Shown in pieces: positions 1-11,313 of a DNA stretch of 34,920 nt. Under the pieces are notes generated by a model. It saw only the letters and a list, made by a program, of their open reading frames with translations, had not been told where the DNA came from and did not search any database. The position numbers were made by a program, and so were the translations under genes. Numbering within the stretch: position 1 is the first letter of the stretch; every line of letters starts with the position of its first letter. Location of the stretch: NCBI GenBank assembly GCA_034722955.1, contig JAYEOM010000100.1:1-34920 (forward strand). Direction: 5' to 3'. The stretch is from Campylobacterota bacterium (lineage in GTDB: Bacteria; Campylobacterota; Campylobacteria; Campylobacterales; Sulfurovaceae).

Positions 1-701
1 GGGTCAAAATGTGTCTCAAAGAAGAAACCATCTACACCCACAGCTGCTGCTCCTCGTGAGAGATATGGTACGAATGAACTATCTCCTCCGCTACTTGCTC
101 CACCACTTGCTGGCATCTGTACAGAGTGTGTCGCGTCGAAGACTACGGGTGCGAACTCTCTCATGATCTTGAGTCCTCGCATATCGACTACGAGGTTGCC
201 ATAACCAAAGCTAGAGCCTCTCTCTGTGAGCCATACGCCATACTTTTTGGCGTTTTCATAGTTCACCTCATCGCAACCTCTGGTTTTGAGAACTTTGGCT
301 ACGGAGTGTTCCATCGCTGCGGGGGCTAGGAATTGCCCCTTTTTGATATTGACCACCGCTGAGGTTTTGGCAGCTGCTACGAGCAGGTCTGTCTGTCGTG
401 ATAGAAAAGCCGGTATCTGTAGGATATCTGCCACTTCAGCTACACTGCATGCTTGATTTGGTTCATGTATATCTGTCAAGATCTTGTACCCAAATGAATC
501 CTTGACCTCTTCAAGCATCTTCAAGCCCTCATCCATCCCCGGACCTCGAAAACTATCTAAACTAGTACGGTTGGCTTTGTCAAAGCTAGCCTTAAAATAA
601 AAATCCTTGGTACAATCCTCCTGATAAGGCATCAACGCCTCAGCAATACGAAAAACTGCATCACGACTCTCTATCACACATGGTCCTGAAATGAGTATCA
701 T
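1..701 (-). CDS. kdsA: 3-deoxy-8-phosphooctulonate (KDO8P) synthase, 3' end truncated by window edge
   Basis: Not in the ORF track. My minus-strand translation from ATG at 701 gives [12 protein letters not shown]...[12 protein letters not shown]...[13 protein letters not shown]...NIKKGQF...[15 protein letters not shown]...FDATHSVQ, the hallmark KdsA motifs. ATGA overlap with the stop of the upstream DMT gene. Confidence 0.97.
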   Translation of the reverse strand, partial: MILISGPCVIESRDAVFRIAEALMPYQEDCTKDFYFKASFDKANRTSLDSFRGPGMDEGLKMLEEVKDSFGYKILTDIHEPNQACSVAEVADILQIPAFLSRQTDLLVAAAKTSAVVNIKKGQFLAPAAMEHSVAKVLKTRGCDEVNYENAKKYGVWLTERGSSFGYGNLVVDMRGLKIMREFAPVVFDATHSVQMPASGGASSGGDSSFVPYLSRGAAAVGVDGFFFETHFD

Positions 702-1609
702 TTAGTAATCTCCTTCTTCTCTTTGGGCAATGCCACCAACAGCCCTGCTACAATGACTAAGATTATACCCAAAAAAGTCCAAACATCAGGTATAGGGTCT
801 CCTAGCATCACTCCTATAATAACAGCAAATATGATATTGGAGTAGGAGATCGTACCTACTATGCCCGCTTTGGTAAGCTCGTAGGCTTTGGTCATCAAGA
901 CTTGGGAGGCAGTAGCAAAGATACCTACTGCGATGATCATCAGCCACTCTACTCCTACAGGCATCACAAATGGTGCGAAGAGTATATCTCTACTATCTCC
1001 GCCTACATAGGGAGCCAAAAGCATCAACACTACAGGTCCTATCGTACCCACTCCCATAAAAGAGAGTACAATAGCACGAGTATCATAGTATTTGCGTAGT
1101 TCACGGATAGAGGTGTAGGCTAGTGCAGCTCCTATGCCTGAAAATATACCTAACATATCATACTTATCTAGTGAAAAACCATCAGGCTTGGCTACCAAAA
1201 CTATCCCTGCAAAACCTACAAATATAGCCAGTAATGCAGCTCTAGGCAACTCCTCTTTGAGAAAAATATAGGCAAATATAGCTACAAATATCGGTGAAGT
1301 TTTATTGTAAGTGACTGCTTCTCCTAAAGGGATATATGCCATGATATAAAAGTACGCCAGCAGAGCCAAAAAACCCATCGTACCGCGAAACAGCAGCATG
1401 AGTGGCTTGCCACCTCTCTGCTTGAGAGGGATTTTCCAGATTGTCGCACCCACAAGTATCACACCTGCTATATTGCGGAAAAAGGTGATCTCTACAGGAG
1501 GCAAAACATCAGTCAAGACTTTTGCAAATCCTCCCATGATCGCAAAGCTCAGAGAGGCTAAAAGCATCAGGAGGATACCTCTATCCATATTTTTGATTTT
1601 TTGTCGCAT
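698..1609 (-). CDS. DMT/EamA family transporter
   Basis: 303 aa, about 10 hydrophobic segments, two EamA-like repeats ([29 protein letters not shown]). Confidence 0.9.
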   Translation of the reverse strand: MRQKIKNMDRGILLMLLASLSFAIMGGFAKVLTDVLPPVEITFFRNIAGVILVGATIWKIPLKQRGGKPLMLLFRGTMGFLALLAYFYIMAYIPLGEAVTYNKTSPIFVAIFAYIFLKEELPRAALLAIFVGFAGIVLVAKPDGFSLDKYDMLGIFSGIGAALAYTSIRELRKYYDTRAIVLSFMGVGTIGPVVLMLLAPYVGGDSRDILFAPFVMPVGVEWLMIIAVGIFATASQVLMTKAYELTKAGIVGTISYSNIIFAVIIGVMLGDPIPDVWTFLGIILVIVAGLLVALPKEKKEITK

Positions 1610-1724
1610 CTATATTTATCCCAAATTTTATGAAATTTTTAAACCCGAATTGTGCAGTGATAAATGTCAGCTACATAATTTGAGTTGAAAGTGTAACATA
1701 TTCCTTGTATAGGTGATCATATTT

Positions 1725-1733
1725 TGGTAAAAT
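1725..1733 (+). promoter_or_regulatory. Extended -10 element (TGGTAAAAT) upstream of mscS
   Basis: TGn-TAAAAT about 20 nt before the ATG at 1753, in a divergent intergenic region. Confidence 0.5.
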
Positions 1734-1752
1734 ACGCTCAAAAAGTAGAAAA

Positions 1753-2955
1753 ATGTCAGAAGCCCTCATCGTAGATATAAACAACTCAGAACAGACAAAC
1801 CTTATCAGCAGTATGGATATGGATCTCCATGGTACAGTACAGCCCCTGCTAAACCATCTCTATGATAGCAGATATGGTGATTTTTGGTCTTATCTCATCT
1901 GGAATATTCCCGTAGCCAATCTCCTCGGTGCTTTTCTTGTCTTTGCACTTTTCCTACTCTTTAGAAAGATTTTTACTAAGGTTATCTTGGAATTTTTCCT
2001 CTTTCTCTCCAGGAAGACAAAAACCAGCCTAGATGAACAGATCATAATGGGACTCAAAAAACCTATTCGTTTTGGTTTTATTGTAGTAGGAATACATCTC
2101 TTTTTTCTGCTTATCTTTGTCAACAACAAATTTATCCACCTTGTACTTGAGTCACTGATCATCTATACTATTTTCTGGGCTATTATCTCCATCATCGATG
2201 CTATAAAAGATTATATATTTAACTACAGTACTGCAGATCCACAACAGTCCAAAGAGCTTAGTGGCTTTATCATCAAAGTCATCAAAGGGATAGTTATGGC
2301 TATCGGTACTAGTGCGATTTTGCACAATTGGGGTGTCAATGTCACTGGTATAGTCGCATCACTTGGACTTGGGGGACTCGCCTTTGCTTTGGCTGCCAAA
2401 GATACAGCAGCAAATCTTTTCGCCTCCATAGCTCTCCTACTGGACAACTCCATCAAAGGCGGAGAGTGGATCAAGGTTGCAGGGGTAGAGGGTGTAGTAG
2501 AGGGTGTGGGAATGCGTACGACCAAAATACGCTCTTTTCGAAAGTCACTCTATACAGTACCCAACCACCTCATCGCCAACAACCCTATAGAAAACTTCTC
2601 TCGCAGAGGTGTACGACGCATCAGTATGGATGTAGGATTGACCTATGACACAAAGGGTAAGCAGGTAGAAAAAATCGTCTCTGATATCAGAGAGATGCTC
2701 CAAAAACACCCTAAAATTTCACAAAAAGAGACTCTTTTAGTCAACTTTAACAGTTTTGGAGATAGTGCTCTGAATATATTTATCTATGCTTTTGTATATA
2801 CTGCACAGTGGGATCACTATCTTGATATACGAGAAGATATTCATCTCAGGATCATAGAGATTGTTGAAAGAAATGGTTCTGCTTTTGCATTCCCGTCACA
2901 ATCTTTGTACCTTGAGTCACTGCCCGAGAGAAATCCTCCACAAACTATGGTATAA
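1753..2955 (+). CDS. mscS: Small-conductance mechanosensitive channel (MscS family)
   Basis: TM3 motif ASLGLGGLAFALAAKDT, beta domain GVVEGVGMRTTKIR, PNHLIAN..IENFSR, C-terminal FAFPSQ. Confidence 0.92.
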   Translation: MSEALIVDINNSEQTNLISSMDMDLHGTVQPLLNHLYDSRYGDFWSYLIWNIPVANLLGAFLVFALFLLFRKIFTKVILEFFLFLSRKTKTSLDEQIIMGLKKPIRFGFIVVGIHLFFLLIFVNNKFIHLVLESLIIYTIFWAIISIIDAIKDYIFNYSTADPQQSKELSGFIIKVIKGIVMAIGTSAILHNWGVNVTGIVASLGLGGLAFALAAKDTAANLFASIALLLDNSIKGGEWIKVAGVEGVVEGVGMRTTKIRSFRKSLYTVPNHLIANNPIENFSRRGVRRISMDVGLTYDTKGKQVEKIVSDIREMLQKHPKISQKETLLVNFNSFGDSALNIFIYAFVYTAQWDHYLDIREDIHLRIIEIVERNGSAFAFPSQSLYLESLPERNPPQTMV

Positions 2956-2956
2956 T
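2948..2956 (+). promoter_or_regulatory. Extended -10 element (TGGTATAAT) for der, overlapping the mscS stop codon
   Basis: Perfect TGn-TATAAT about 40 nt upstream of the der ATG. Confidence 0.6.
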
Positions 2957-2997
2957 CGCATCAATATTTTGGGCTCTGCCCTACCGAAAGATTTACT

Positions 2998-4389
2998 ATG
3001 AAAAAAGTAGCCATACTGGGTCGTCCCAATGTAGGGAAGAGTTCCCTCTTTAACCGTCTTGCTAGAGAGAGAGATGCCATCACCTCTGATGTCTCAGGTA
3101 CAACTCGTGATGTCAAAAAGCGTATCGTTACCATCTCAGGCGATCGTGATTTTGAAGTCCTCGATACAGGCGGTATAGACTATAGCAGTGAACTCTTCAG
3201 CAGAGTAGCCAAACTCTCACTGAGGGCTGCGGCGAATGCTGATCTCATCATCTATCTGGTTGATGGCAAAACGATCCCCGATGAAGAGGACAAAGAGCTT
3301 TTTTATCGTCTGCAATCACTAGATAAACCTTTAGCACTTGTCGTTAACAAGATAGACAATGACAAAGAGGAGGAGCGTTATTGGGAGTTTTTGGAGTTTG
3401 GTGCAGATGCAACTTTTCCTATGTCTGTGAGTCACAACAGATATTTCAATGACTTTTATGCTTGGCTGGAGGAGTATATACTGCCTAGAGAAGAGAGTGT
3501 CACAGAGGAGATCACTGAAGAGCTCGACCCGACTGCCCAGAGGATCAAAGAGGTGATAGAGGATATCAACGAAACCAAAGAGGAGATCGATAACAAGATC
3601 AGTGTCGCCATCATCGGACGGGTCAATACAGGCAAAAGCTCTCTGCTCAATACTCTACTAGGTGAAGAGCGATCTGTAGTGAGTGATGTAGCAGGAACCA
3701 CGATCGACCCTATCGATGAGATGTTAGAACACAATGGATATGAGATCACATTTATCGACACGGCAGGCATACGAAGACGGAGCAAAATAGTAGGGATAGA
3801 GAAGTATGCACTCGGCAGAACCACTGCCATGCTAGAGGAAGCCAATCTAGTACTCCTCATCATCGATGCTACTGTAGGCGTGACAGAGCTAGATGAACGC
3901 GTAGCAGGACTCATCGAAAAGTATAGACTAGCTTGTATGATCGTTATAAACAAATGGGATATTCGTGGGGAGAGATCTTACGAGGATGCAGTCAATGATA
4001 TCCGTGATGAACTCAAATTTTTACACTATGCACCACTGATAACTATCTCTGCAAAAACCGGTATGCGTGTACATAAGATACTCGATCAGATCACAGCGAT
4101 CTATGAACGATACAAGCAGCGTATACCCACCTCCAAACTAAACGATGCACTTAGAGAAGCGATCAACAGACACCATGTCCCATCACACAATGGTGCAACA
4201 GTCAAGATCAAGTTTGCTACACAATATGAGACAAAACCACCAAAAATAGCTCTGATCTCCAATCGCCCTGACGGACTGCACTTCAGTTATAAACGCTATC
4301 TTGCCAACTTTATACGAAGCCGTTTTGATTTTGAGGGTGTACCACTAGATATCGTAGCACGAAGACGCGGAGAGAGGATGGAGGAGTAG
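2998..4389 (+). CDS. der: Ribosome biogenesis GTPase Der (EngA)
   Basis: Two tandem G domains (GRPNVGKSS/DTGG/NKID and GRVNTGKSS/DTAG/NKWD), an acidic linker and a KH-like C-terminus. Confidence 0.98.
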   Translation: MKKVAILGRPNVGKSSLFNRLARERDAITSDVSGTTRDVKKRIVTISGDRDFEVLDTGGIDYSSELFSRVAKLSLRAAANADLIIYLVDGKTIPDEEDKELFYRLQSLDKPLALVVNKIDNDKEEERYWEFLEFGADATFPMSVSHNRYFNDFYAWLEEYILPREESVTEEITEELDPTAQRIKEVIEDINETKEEIDNKISVAIIGRVNTGKSSLLNTLLGEERSVVSDVAGTTIDPIDEMLEHNGYEITFIDTAGIRRRSKIVGIEKYALGRTTAMLEEANLVLLIIDATVGVTELDERVAGLIEKYRLACMIVINKWDIRGERSYEDAVNDIRDELKFLHYAPLITISAKTGMRVHKILDQITAIYERYKQRIPTSKLNDALREAINRHHVPSHNGATVKIKFATQYETKPPKIALISNRPDGLHFSYKRYLANFIRSRFDFEGVPLDIVARRRGERMEE

Positions 4390-4399
4390 TACCCTCTAT

Positions 4400-4969
4400 C
4401 TACGACAGTGCATCATCTATCGCTTGACAGATCGTATGCCCGATGAGTATATGCATCTCTTGGATACGAGGTGTATCATCTGAGGGGACTATGATATTGA
4501 GATCACAAGCTCGATTCATCAATCCGCCATCTCTACCACTCATACCGACCGTATGACACCCCATCTCTCTAGCCACTTCCAGTGCAGATATGATATTGGT
4601 ACTATTGCCGCTCGTAGAGATACCGATGAGCAGATCTCCAGGATTTGCCAATGCCTCCACCTGCCTATCAAATACCCTATCAAAACCATAATCATTGGAG
4701 ATTGCTGTCAGTGCTGAAGTATCTGTAGTCAGAGCAACTCCTGCCAACCCTCTGCGTTCACTCTTGTATCGACCAGTCAATTCTGCTGCGATATGTTGTG
4801 CATCCGCAGCAGAGCCACCATTGCCACAGAGGAGGATCTTGTTTCCGCTTTGCAGTCTCTCTATGACTATCTTGGAGGCTCTCTCTACATCTGGAATCAA
4901 CTGCAAGATAACAGCATCTATGGTTGCCCTGTGTGCTTCAAACTCCTCTCTGATCATATCTCTGATCAT
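4400..4969 (-). CDS. gmhA: D-sedoheptulose 7-phosphate isomerase
   Basis: [33 protein letters not shown]. Confidence 0.97.
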   Translation of the reverse strand: MIRDMIREEFEAHRATIDAVILQLIPDVERASKIVIERLQSGNKILLCGNGGSAADAQHIAAELTGRYKSERRGLAGVALTTDTSALTAISNDYGFDRVFDRQVEALANPGDLLIGISTSGNSTNIISALEVAREMGCHTVGMSGRDGGLMNRACDLNIIVPSDDTPRIQEMHILIGHTICQAIDDALS

Positions 4970-6405
4970 TTGATCTCCTTTGACTCTCTACCTATCTTCT
5001 CTATGATAGAGCTGGTACTTTTACCCTCTACAAAATGGATCAACTGCACCTCTCCTGCCAAGTCACTCCCTACCACCTCTTTGCCTTTATAGTCAGCACC
5101 TTTGACGAGAGTATCGGGCATGATCTTTTCGATCAGCTGATATGGAGTATCTTCGCCAAATGGTATGAGATAATCCACACTCTCTAGTGCCGCTAGCAGA
5201 TAGGCACGATCCTCTAGTATGTTGACTGGACGGCTCTCTCCCTTGAGTCGTCTCACACTCTCATCACTATTGAGTCCTACGATGAGGATATCGCCTAGTG
5301 CTTTGGCTTTTTGGAGATAGCTGGCATGTCCTCTGTGTAAAATATCGAAACAGCCATTGGTGAAGATAACTTTTCGTCCTTGAGTTTTGAGTCGTTTGGC
5401 AATTCGTTCTATCTGAATAAAATCTTTGATCTTACTCTCTATCTCTCCTTTGTTGAGAGAGTGTTCATACTCCTCTATCTCGTCGAGTGTTGCTGTGGCA
5501 GAGCCTACTTTGGCGACGACTATCGCAGCGGCTTTATTGGCAAAGTGGCAAGCCTCTACGATATCCATGCCAGTAGAGAGTGCTACGCCTAGTGAAGCTA
5601 GTACAGTATCTCCTGCACCAGTCACATCATATACCTCTCTAGCAACAGTGGGGATGATATCCATATCTTGGTCAAATATAGCTATACCATCTTCACTGAG
5701 AGTAATGATACCATACTCAAGAGAGAGTTCATCTTTGAGCTTGAAGCCTGCATCTTTCAGCGTAACTTTATCTATGATATCTATACTGGAGGCTTGTGAT
5801 GCCTCCTTTTTGTTGGGAGTGAGCAGTGTCGCTCCTCTGTACTTGCTGTAGTCATCCCCTTTGGGATCCACAAGTACCGGTTTATTATGTAGATTGGCAA
5901 GGGCGATAATACTCTGAGTCAATGAAGCTGTCAAGAGACCTTTGCCATAGTCGGAGAGTAGTATCGCATCGTAGGTCTCTATATGCTCTTGGAGTGTAGA
6001 TAGCAGTGACTCTTGAGATAGGAGTGAAATATCTGTACGATTCTCATCATCAAAACGAATAATCTGCTGATTTGAAGCGATCACACGACTCTTTTTAGTA
6101 GTGACTCGACCACTCTCCTCTATCACCTCTGTAAAGTTGGCACCATCCTCCTCCAGTAGTCTCTTTGCAAGCAGAGCACTCTCATCAGAACCCAATACGG
6201 TATAGACACTGACACTGCTATGAAGGGAGATGAGATTGCGGATGACATTCCCTGCACCACCTAGCAGGCTACTCTCTTTGGATACCTCTATGACTTGTAC
6301 CGGTGCTTCAGGTGATATCCGTTCACACTTTCCCCAGATATAGTGATCTATCATAAGATCACCTATGACAGCTATAGATAGAGGGTTTTTGCGGATTCTA
6401 TCCAT
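4966..6405 (-). CDS. hldE: Bifunctional heptose 7-phosphate kinase / heptose 1-phosphate adenylyltransferase
   Basis: PfkB-type domain ([21 protein letters not shown]) plus a cytidylyltransferase-like domain ([19 protein letters not shown]). Start reassigned to ATG 6405 (MDRIRK, 479 aa) because the track's extension to 6573 overlaps hldD. Confidence 0.96.
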   Translation of the reverse strand: MDRIRKNPLSIAVIGDLMIDHYIWGKCERISPEAPVQVIEVSKESSLLGGAGNVIRNLISLHSSVSVYTVLGSDESALLAKRLLEEDGANFTEVIEESGRVTTKKSRVIASNQQIIRFDDENRTDISLLSQESLLSTLQEHIETYDAILLSDYGKGLLTASLTQSIIALANLHNKPVLVDPKGDDYSKYRGATLLTPNKKEASQASSIDIIDKVTLKDAGFKLKDELSLEYGIITLSEDGIAIFDQDMDIIPTVAREVYDVTGAGDTVLASLGVALSTGMDIVEACHFANKAAAIVVAKVGSATATLDEIEEYEHSLNKGEIESKIKDFIQIERIAKRLKTQGRKVIFTNGCFDILHRGHASYLQKAKALGDILIVGLNSDESVRRLKGESRPVNILEDRAYLLAALESVDYLIPFGEDTPYQLIEKIMPDTLVKGADYKGKEVVGSDLAGEVQLIHFVEGKSTSSIIEKIGRESKEIK

Positions 6406-7441
6406 TTGAGACCTCTGTATGATAGATGCGTTTGATCTCAGGCAGATAAGCTTTGATCCCATCTTCCAGCTCAAAACGGGGTTGATAACCCAAGATTTTG
6501 ATAGATTGAGTGATATCTGCCTCTGTATGAAATTGGTAGTGTCCGATATATGGGTTTGGGATATAGTCAGCATCTCTGCTTATGCCCATTTGATCTTGGA
6601 GTATGTTGCATATATCTTGGAAAGAGCGTGCTCTTCCTGTGCCTACATTATAGATACCGCTCTCTAGTGGCTTCATCGCTTTGATATTGGCTTGGATCAC
6701 ATCTTCGATATAGATAAAGTCACGCAAAATCTTATCTGACCCTTTGAAGAGTTTGGGTGTTTCTCCTGCCAAGATCTGATGTCCAAACTGTATGACTGTG
6801 GAGGCAGTTTTATTTTTGAAGTACTCTCGTTCGCCATAGACATTGAAGTAGCGAAGTCCAACAATCGAAATCCCATCCTCCTCTCTCATGTACTCTCTAG
6901 CTATATTGTCCATCATCAGTTTAGAGAAACCATAAGCATTATTGGGAGCCTCCTCTCCGACTCTTTGAGGACTAGGTGCATCTCCATAGGTGGCGGCAGA
7001 GGAGGCATAAACTACATTTGCCTGATGAGAGCGTGCCAAATCCAGTAAGTTCTTAAAAGCATTTACATTGCTCTTTATCATAAGATCCTGTTCAAGTACA
7101 GTTGTGTCGGAGATAGCTGCTTCGTGAAAGATGTAGCTGAAACTATACTCCTCTTTCAGCTTATCTAAAGCGTCAGGGTCATTGATATCTCCACTGATAA
7201 CCTCTCCTTGGAAACCTATCAGGTTTTTGAAGTGCCCAAAGCTCTTGAGGTTGCCGTTGGAGAAGGTCTCTCCTGAACGAAATGCATCAAAAACTACTAT
7301 TTTGCACTCAGGATGATTCTCTTGAAAATAGAAAGCTAAATTGGAACCGATGAAGCCGGCTCCGCCTGTGATCAGTATGGTTTTATCATTGAAGTTCTCG
7401 TTGGTATATTTCATAAATGTATCAAACTTTTTGTTTTTCAT
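6398..7441 (-). CDS. hldD: ADP-L-glycero-D-manno-heptose 6-epimerase
   Basis: ITGGAGFIGSN, YASSAATYG, YGFSK, LRYFNVYG, RDFIYIEDV, YQFHTEAD, within the heptose operon. Alternative start ATG at 7414. Confidence 0.94.
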   Translation of the reverse strand: MKNKKFDTFMKYTNENFNDKTILITGGAGFIGSNLAFYFQENHPECKIVVFDAFRSGETFSNGNLKSFGHFKNLIGFQGEVISGDINDPDALDKLKEEYSFSYIFHEAAISDTTVLEQDLMIKSNVNAFKNLLDLARSHQANVVYASSAATYGDAPSPQRVGEEAPNNAYGFSKLMMDNIAREYMREEDGISIVGLRYFNVYGEREYFKNKTASTVIQFGHQILAGETPKLFKGSDKILRDFIYIEDVIQANIKAMKPLESGIYNVGTGRARSFQDICNILQDQMGISRDADYIPNPYIGHYQFHTEADITQSIKILGYQPRFELEDGIKAYLPEIKRIYHTEVSNG

Positions 7442-7962
7442 ATTTTACCTTGATTGTCTTGAAAGTAGCTCTTGCACTCTCCTAGTGATGCAAATGAGAG
7501 TGTAGCTTCAGCTATATCTCTCCCTATATAGATACTATTGGCGATGCCTGCATTGTCAGCCAACTCTATATCGCTCACCTTGTCCCCTATCATCCAAGAG
7601 TGGTGCAGGTCTATGGGATAACTCTCTGTCGCCTGCTCTATCATACCAATCTCAGGCTTCCTGCAGTGACATCCAGTCTTGGGCGTATGAGGGCAGTAGA
7701 AGACCTCCTCTATCGTGATGGCTTGTTTTTTGAGTTCGGAAACCATCCATTTGGTCAGTATCTCAAAATCTATTTGACTATAATACCCACGACCTATACC
7801 TGACTGATTTGTCACTACAAATAGTCTATATCCAGCATCTCGAAACTGACGGAGGATCGCTATGATCCCTTCTGAAAACTCAAAATCCTCTATTTTGGAG
7901 ACATAGCCATGATCTACATTGATGATGCCGTCTCTATCTAAAAATAGTGCTTTATGCAACAA
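7438..7962 (-). CDS. gmhB: D,D-heptose 1,7-bisphosphate phosphatase
   Basis: HAD motif FLDRDG, TNQSGIGRG, Zn-binding CPH...CHCRKP, IGDKVSD. TTG start. Confidence 0.95.
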   Translation of the reverse strand: MLHKALFLDRDGIINVDHGYVSKIEDFEFSEGIIAILRQFRDAGYRLFVVTNQSGIGRGYYSQIDFEILTKWMVSELKKQAITIEEVFYCPHTPKTGCHCRKPEIGMIEQATESYPIDLHHSWMIGDKVSDIELADNAGIANSIYIGRDIAEATLSFASLGECKSYFQDNQGKI

Positions 7963-7964
7963 CT

Positions 7965-9131
7965 CTAATCACTTCCAAATAGATCTCTTGTATAGACTTT
8001 ATCTTTGACATCGAGAATATCATCAGAGAGTCTATTGGCAACTATCACATCAGAGATACTCTTGAACTCCTCTAGGTCACTTATGACTCTTGAGTGGAAA
8101 AACTCATCTTTATGCAACTCTGGTTCATAGACTACAACCTCTATACCTTTGGCTTTTATCCGTTTCATAATCCCCTGTATGGAGGAGGCTCGGAAGTTAT
8201 CTGATCCACTCTTCATAATGAGCCTATAGATGCCTACTAATTTTGGATCTCTATCGGTGATACTCTTGGCTATAAAGTCTTTGCGTGTTCTATTTGACTC
8301 TACAATAGCACTGATCATATTGTTGGGCACATTTTCATAGTTTGCTCTGAGCTGCTTGGTATCTTTGGGCAGACAGTATCCGCCATATCCAAAAGAGGGG
8401 TTGTTGTAGTGAGTCCCGATCCTAGGATCTAATCCTACACCCTCTATGATCTGTCTCGTACTGAGTCCATGTGCCTGTGCATAACTATCTAGCTCATTAA
8501 AGTAGGCAACCCGCATCGCTAGATAAGTATTAGAGAAGAGCTTGACTGCTTCAGCTTCAGTAGAATCCGTATAGAGGATATCAATATCTTTTTTGACTGC
8601 ACCATCTGCTAAAAGATTTGCAAATATCTCTGCCCTCTGGCTTATCTCTCCAACGATGATACGCGATGGGTGCAAGTTGTCATAGAGAGCCTTCCCCTCT
8701 CGTAAAAATTCCGGTGAAAAGATGATATTTTGGCAATTAAGCTCTCGGCTTATCTGCTTGGTGTATCCTACAGGTACTGTAGACTTGATCACCATGGTGG
8801 CCTTAGGATTGATAGCGATGACATCTTTGATGACAGACTTGACAGAAGAGGTATCAAAGTAATTTGTCTCAGGATCATAATCAGTCGGTGTTGCGATGAT
8901 GACAAAATCTGCATTACTGTAAGCTTCTATCTTCTCTAGGGTTGCTTTAAAATCAAGTGATTTGTTGTTTAGAAACTCTCTAATCTCTCGATCTTCGATA
9001 GGTGAGATTTTTCGGTTAAGCATCTCTACTTTCTCTTCAACAACATCTAATGCGATAACTTCATTGTTCTGAGCCAAAAGGATACCGTTAGACAAACCAA
9101 CATATCCTGTACCGGCAATTGCAATCTTCAT
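7965..9131 (-). CDS. ugd: UDP-glucose 6-dehydrogenase
   Basis: [26 protein letters not shown], catalytic [13 protein letters not shown]. Confidence 0.96.
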   Translation of the reverse strand: MKIAIAGTGYVGLSNGILLAQNNEVIALDVVEEKVEMLNRKISPIEDREIREFLNNKSLDFKATLEKIEAYSNADFVIIATPTDYDPETNYFDTSSVKSVIKDVIAINPKATMVIKSTVPVGYTKQISRELNCQNIIFSPEFLREGKALYDNLHPSRIIVGEISQRAEIFANLLADGAVKKDIDILYTDSTEAEAVKLFSNTYLAMRVAYFNELDSYAQAHGLSTRQIIEGVGLDPRIGTHYNNPSFGYGGYCLPKDTKQLRANYENVPNNMISAIVESNRTRKDFIAKSITDRDPKLVGIYRLIMKSGSDNFRASSIQGIMKRIKAKGIEVVVYEPELHKDEFFHSRVISDLEEFKSISDVIVANRLSDDILDVKDKVYTRDLFGSD

Positions 9132-9163
9132 CTTAAATTTCCTTCTGCCTGCTTGTTTGGTCG

Positions 9164-9169
9164 ATTATA
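9164..9169 (-). promoter_or_regulatory. -10 box (TATAAT) for ugd-gmhB-hldD-hldE-gmhA
   Basis: Plus-strand ATTATA at 9164-9169, about 33 nt upstream of the ugd ATG. Confidence 0.5.
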
Positions 9170-9255
9170 CTAAAAGCACAATGAACTGGCACTGAAAATC
9201 TATCTCTTATCAATGATTCTATAATTTATAAATAGACTTCTGCTTGATTTTCCAG

Positions 9256-11139
9256 TTAATCGAGCTCAAACTCTTCTCTCCAGTTGCCTTTGTCCTCAAA
9301 GTCCGGCTGCTCCTCTTTGTATAAGATAAAGTTGTCAATAACCAAAAGATCCATTTCTGTTCGCATAAAACAACGATAGCTATCTTCGGGTGTACATACT
9401 ATAGGTTCGCCTCTTACATTAAATGAAGTGTTTACTATAGTAGCACAACCCGTCTTCTCTTCAAATTTGGATATGAGTTTGTGATATCTTGGATTGGTCT
9501 CTCTATGTACCGTTTGGACTCTTGCACTATAATCGATATGTGTTACTGCCGGTATCTCGCTTCTTGGGATATTGAGCTTCTCTATACCAAAGAGCTTCTC
9601 CTGCTCTTTGGTCATCTTGATCTGCTTGGACTCTTTGATGGGTGCAACTAGCAGCATATATGGACTAGGTCTCTCCAGCTCATACCAATCATTGACTCTC
9701 TCGAATAGTACAGAGGGGGCAAATGGTCTGAAACTCTCTCTATATTTTATCTTTAGGTTCATAGTGGATTGCATCTCTTGGCTTCTAGGATCACCTAAAA
9801 TACTCCTGTGTCCTAGTGATCGCGGACCAAACTCCATCCTATCATAGTGCCACCCTACTACTCTACCGGAAGCCAGTTGGCTACTGACTCTATCTACCAG
9901 CTCATCTTCACTATCTATATAGCTGTAGTTTGCATCAACACTCTCTAGATAACTCTCTATCTCATCATCAGAGAATTTGGGTCCTAGATAAGCCCCCTGC
10001 ATCTTATCAAACTCATCTGGGTTGATAGTGCGGGTATGGTCAAGCTCTTGATAGTAGACACTATATGCACCACCCAAAGCACCGCCTGCATCACCTGCTG
10101 CAGGCTGTATCCATATACTCTCAAAGATATTTTCTCTCAGCAGCTCTCCATTGGCTACACAGTTGAGTGCAACACCACCTGCCAAACAGAGATTGCTGCT
10201 GCCTGTTACCTCTTTGGCGTGGCGAGCTAGCTTGATCATAATCTCTTCGGTGATCGCTTGTATGGAGGCGGCTAAATCCATCTCTCTTTGTGTGAGTACA
10301 CCCTCACTCTCTCTAGGAGGAGCTCCAAAAAGCCGATGAAACTTTTCACTTGTCATAGTCAGACCGGCGGTGTAGTTGAAGTAGCTCATATCGAGCTTGA
10401 AAGAGCCATCATCTTTGATATCTATAAGATGCTCTTTGATAGTGTCTACATATATAGGTTCACCATAGGGAGCTAGCCCCATTACTTTATACTCTCCACT
10501 GTTGACTTTGAACCCTGTATAGTAGGTAAATGCTGAATATAGCAATCCCAACGAGTGAGGAAAATCGATCTCTTTTAGGAACTCTATCTTGTTACCTTTT
10601 CCGTAGGCTAGTGAAGTGGTAGACCACTCACCCACACCATCTATGGTTAAGATAGCGGCCTCTTCGTATGGTGATGGATAGAAGGCACTCCCTGCGTGGC
10701 TCTGATGGTGCTCTCCAAACATAAACTTATCCTGGATCACTTGTTTAAAAGCTTTTGCCTCTCTCTCTTGGCTGGGGTTGAGCTCCAAGAAGAGCTCTTT
10801 GAACTCTCTAGATAGTGTCTCTTTGAGGAAAAGCTTATCTTTCAGCCAGATGGGTATAGAGAGCAGAAAAGATGAGAATCCTCTAGGTGCCTCAGCCAGA
10901 TAAGTCTCTAGCAGGCGTTCAAACTTTATGAATGGTTTATCATAAAAGGTGATATAGTCGATCTGTTCGAGGGAGATATTTGCCTCTTTGAGACAATATT
11001 TTATAGACTCTTTTGGAAAGCTATCATCCTGTTTTTTACGACTAAATCTCTCCTCTTGTACTGCAGCTACGATCACTTCATCTCTGATAAGCGCTACACC
11101 GGAGTCGTGGTAGTAGGCTGATATCCCTAAAATATACAT
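9256..11139 (-). CDS. O-carbamoyltransferase, NodU/CmcH/TobZ family (SxtI-like)
   Basis: ILGISAYYHDS, EERFSR, metal-binding EHHQSHA, DGVGE, GEYKVMGLAPYG, LAGGVALNC, GDAG, EFGPRSLG, RESFRPFAP, NTSFN. ATG 11139 is preceded by AGGA; TTG 11148 is an alternative start. Confidence 0.95.
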   Translation of the reverse strand: MYILGISAYYHDSGVALIRDEVIVAAVQEERFSRKKQDDSFPKESIKYCLKEANISLEQIDYITFYDKPFIKFERLLETYLAEAPRGFSSFLLSIPIWLKDKLFLKETLSREFKELFLELNPSQEREAKAFKQVIQDKFMFGEHHQSHAGSAFYPSPYEEAAILTIDGVGEWSTTSLAYGKGNKIEFLKEIDFPHSLGLLYSAFTYYTGFKVNSGEYKVMGLAPYGEPIYVDTIKEHLIDIKDDGSFKLDMSYFNYTAGLTMTSEKFHRLFGAPPRESEGVLTQREMDLAASIQAITEEIMIKLARHAKEVTGSSNLCLAGGVALNCVANGELLRENIFESIWIQPAAGDAGGALGGAYSVYYQELDHTRTINPDEFDKMQGAYLGPKFSDDEIESYLESVDANYSYIDSEDELVDRVSSQLASGRVVGWHYDRMEFGPRSLGHRSILGDPRSQEMQSTMNLKIKYRESFRPFAPSVLFERVNDWYELERPSPYMLLVAPIKESKQIKMTKEQEKLFGIEKLNIPRSEIPAVTHIDYSARVQTVHRETNPRYHKLISKFEEKTGCATIVNTSFNVRGEPIVCTPEDSYRCFMRTEMDLLVIDNFILYKEEQPDFEDKGNWREEFELD

Positions 11140-11150
11140 ACTTTTCAATC

Positions 11151-11300
11151 CTAAAACAGTGTGTAGATGAAAGGGGCAACTGCACTACCCTCAGCCAAGA
11201 CGATCAATGCACCAAGGAGGAGCATGATGAGGATAATAGGAAGCAGCCAAAACTTCTTTCTAACTCTCATAAAGGTCCATAACTCTTTTAAAAATGACAT
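11151..11300 (-). CDS. 49-aa single-TM peptide, SxtK/DUF5989-like
   Basis: Below the ORF-track cutoff. My translation: MSFLKELWTFMRVRKKFWLLPIILIMLLLGALIVLAEGSAVAPFIYTLF*. AGGAG Shine-Dalgarno upstream; it fills the gap between the SxtJ-like and carbamoyltransferase genes; RKKFWL.P...APFIYTLF matches my recollection of the family. Confidence 0.9.
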   Translation of the reverse strand: MSFLKELWTFMRVRKKFWLLPIILIMLLLGALIVLAEGSAVAPFIYTLF

Positions 11301-11313
11301 TTTGATGATTCTC

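Noticed and set aside
6406..6573. N-terminal extension of HldE in the ORF track
   Set aside because: It overlaps the hldD coding region in another frame; ATG 6405 gives a normal-length protein.
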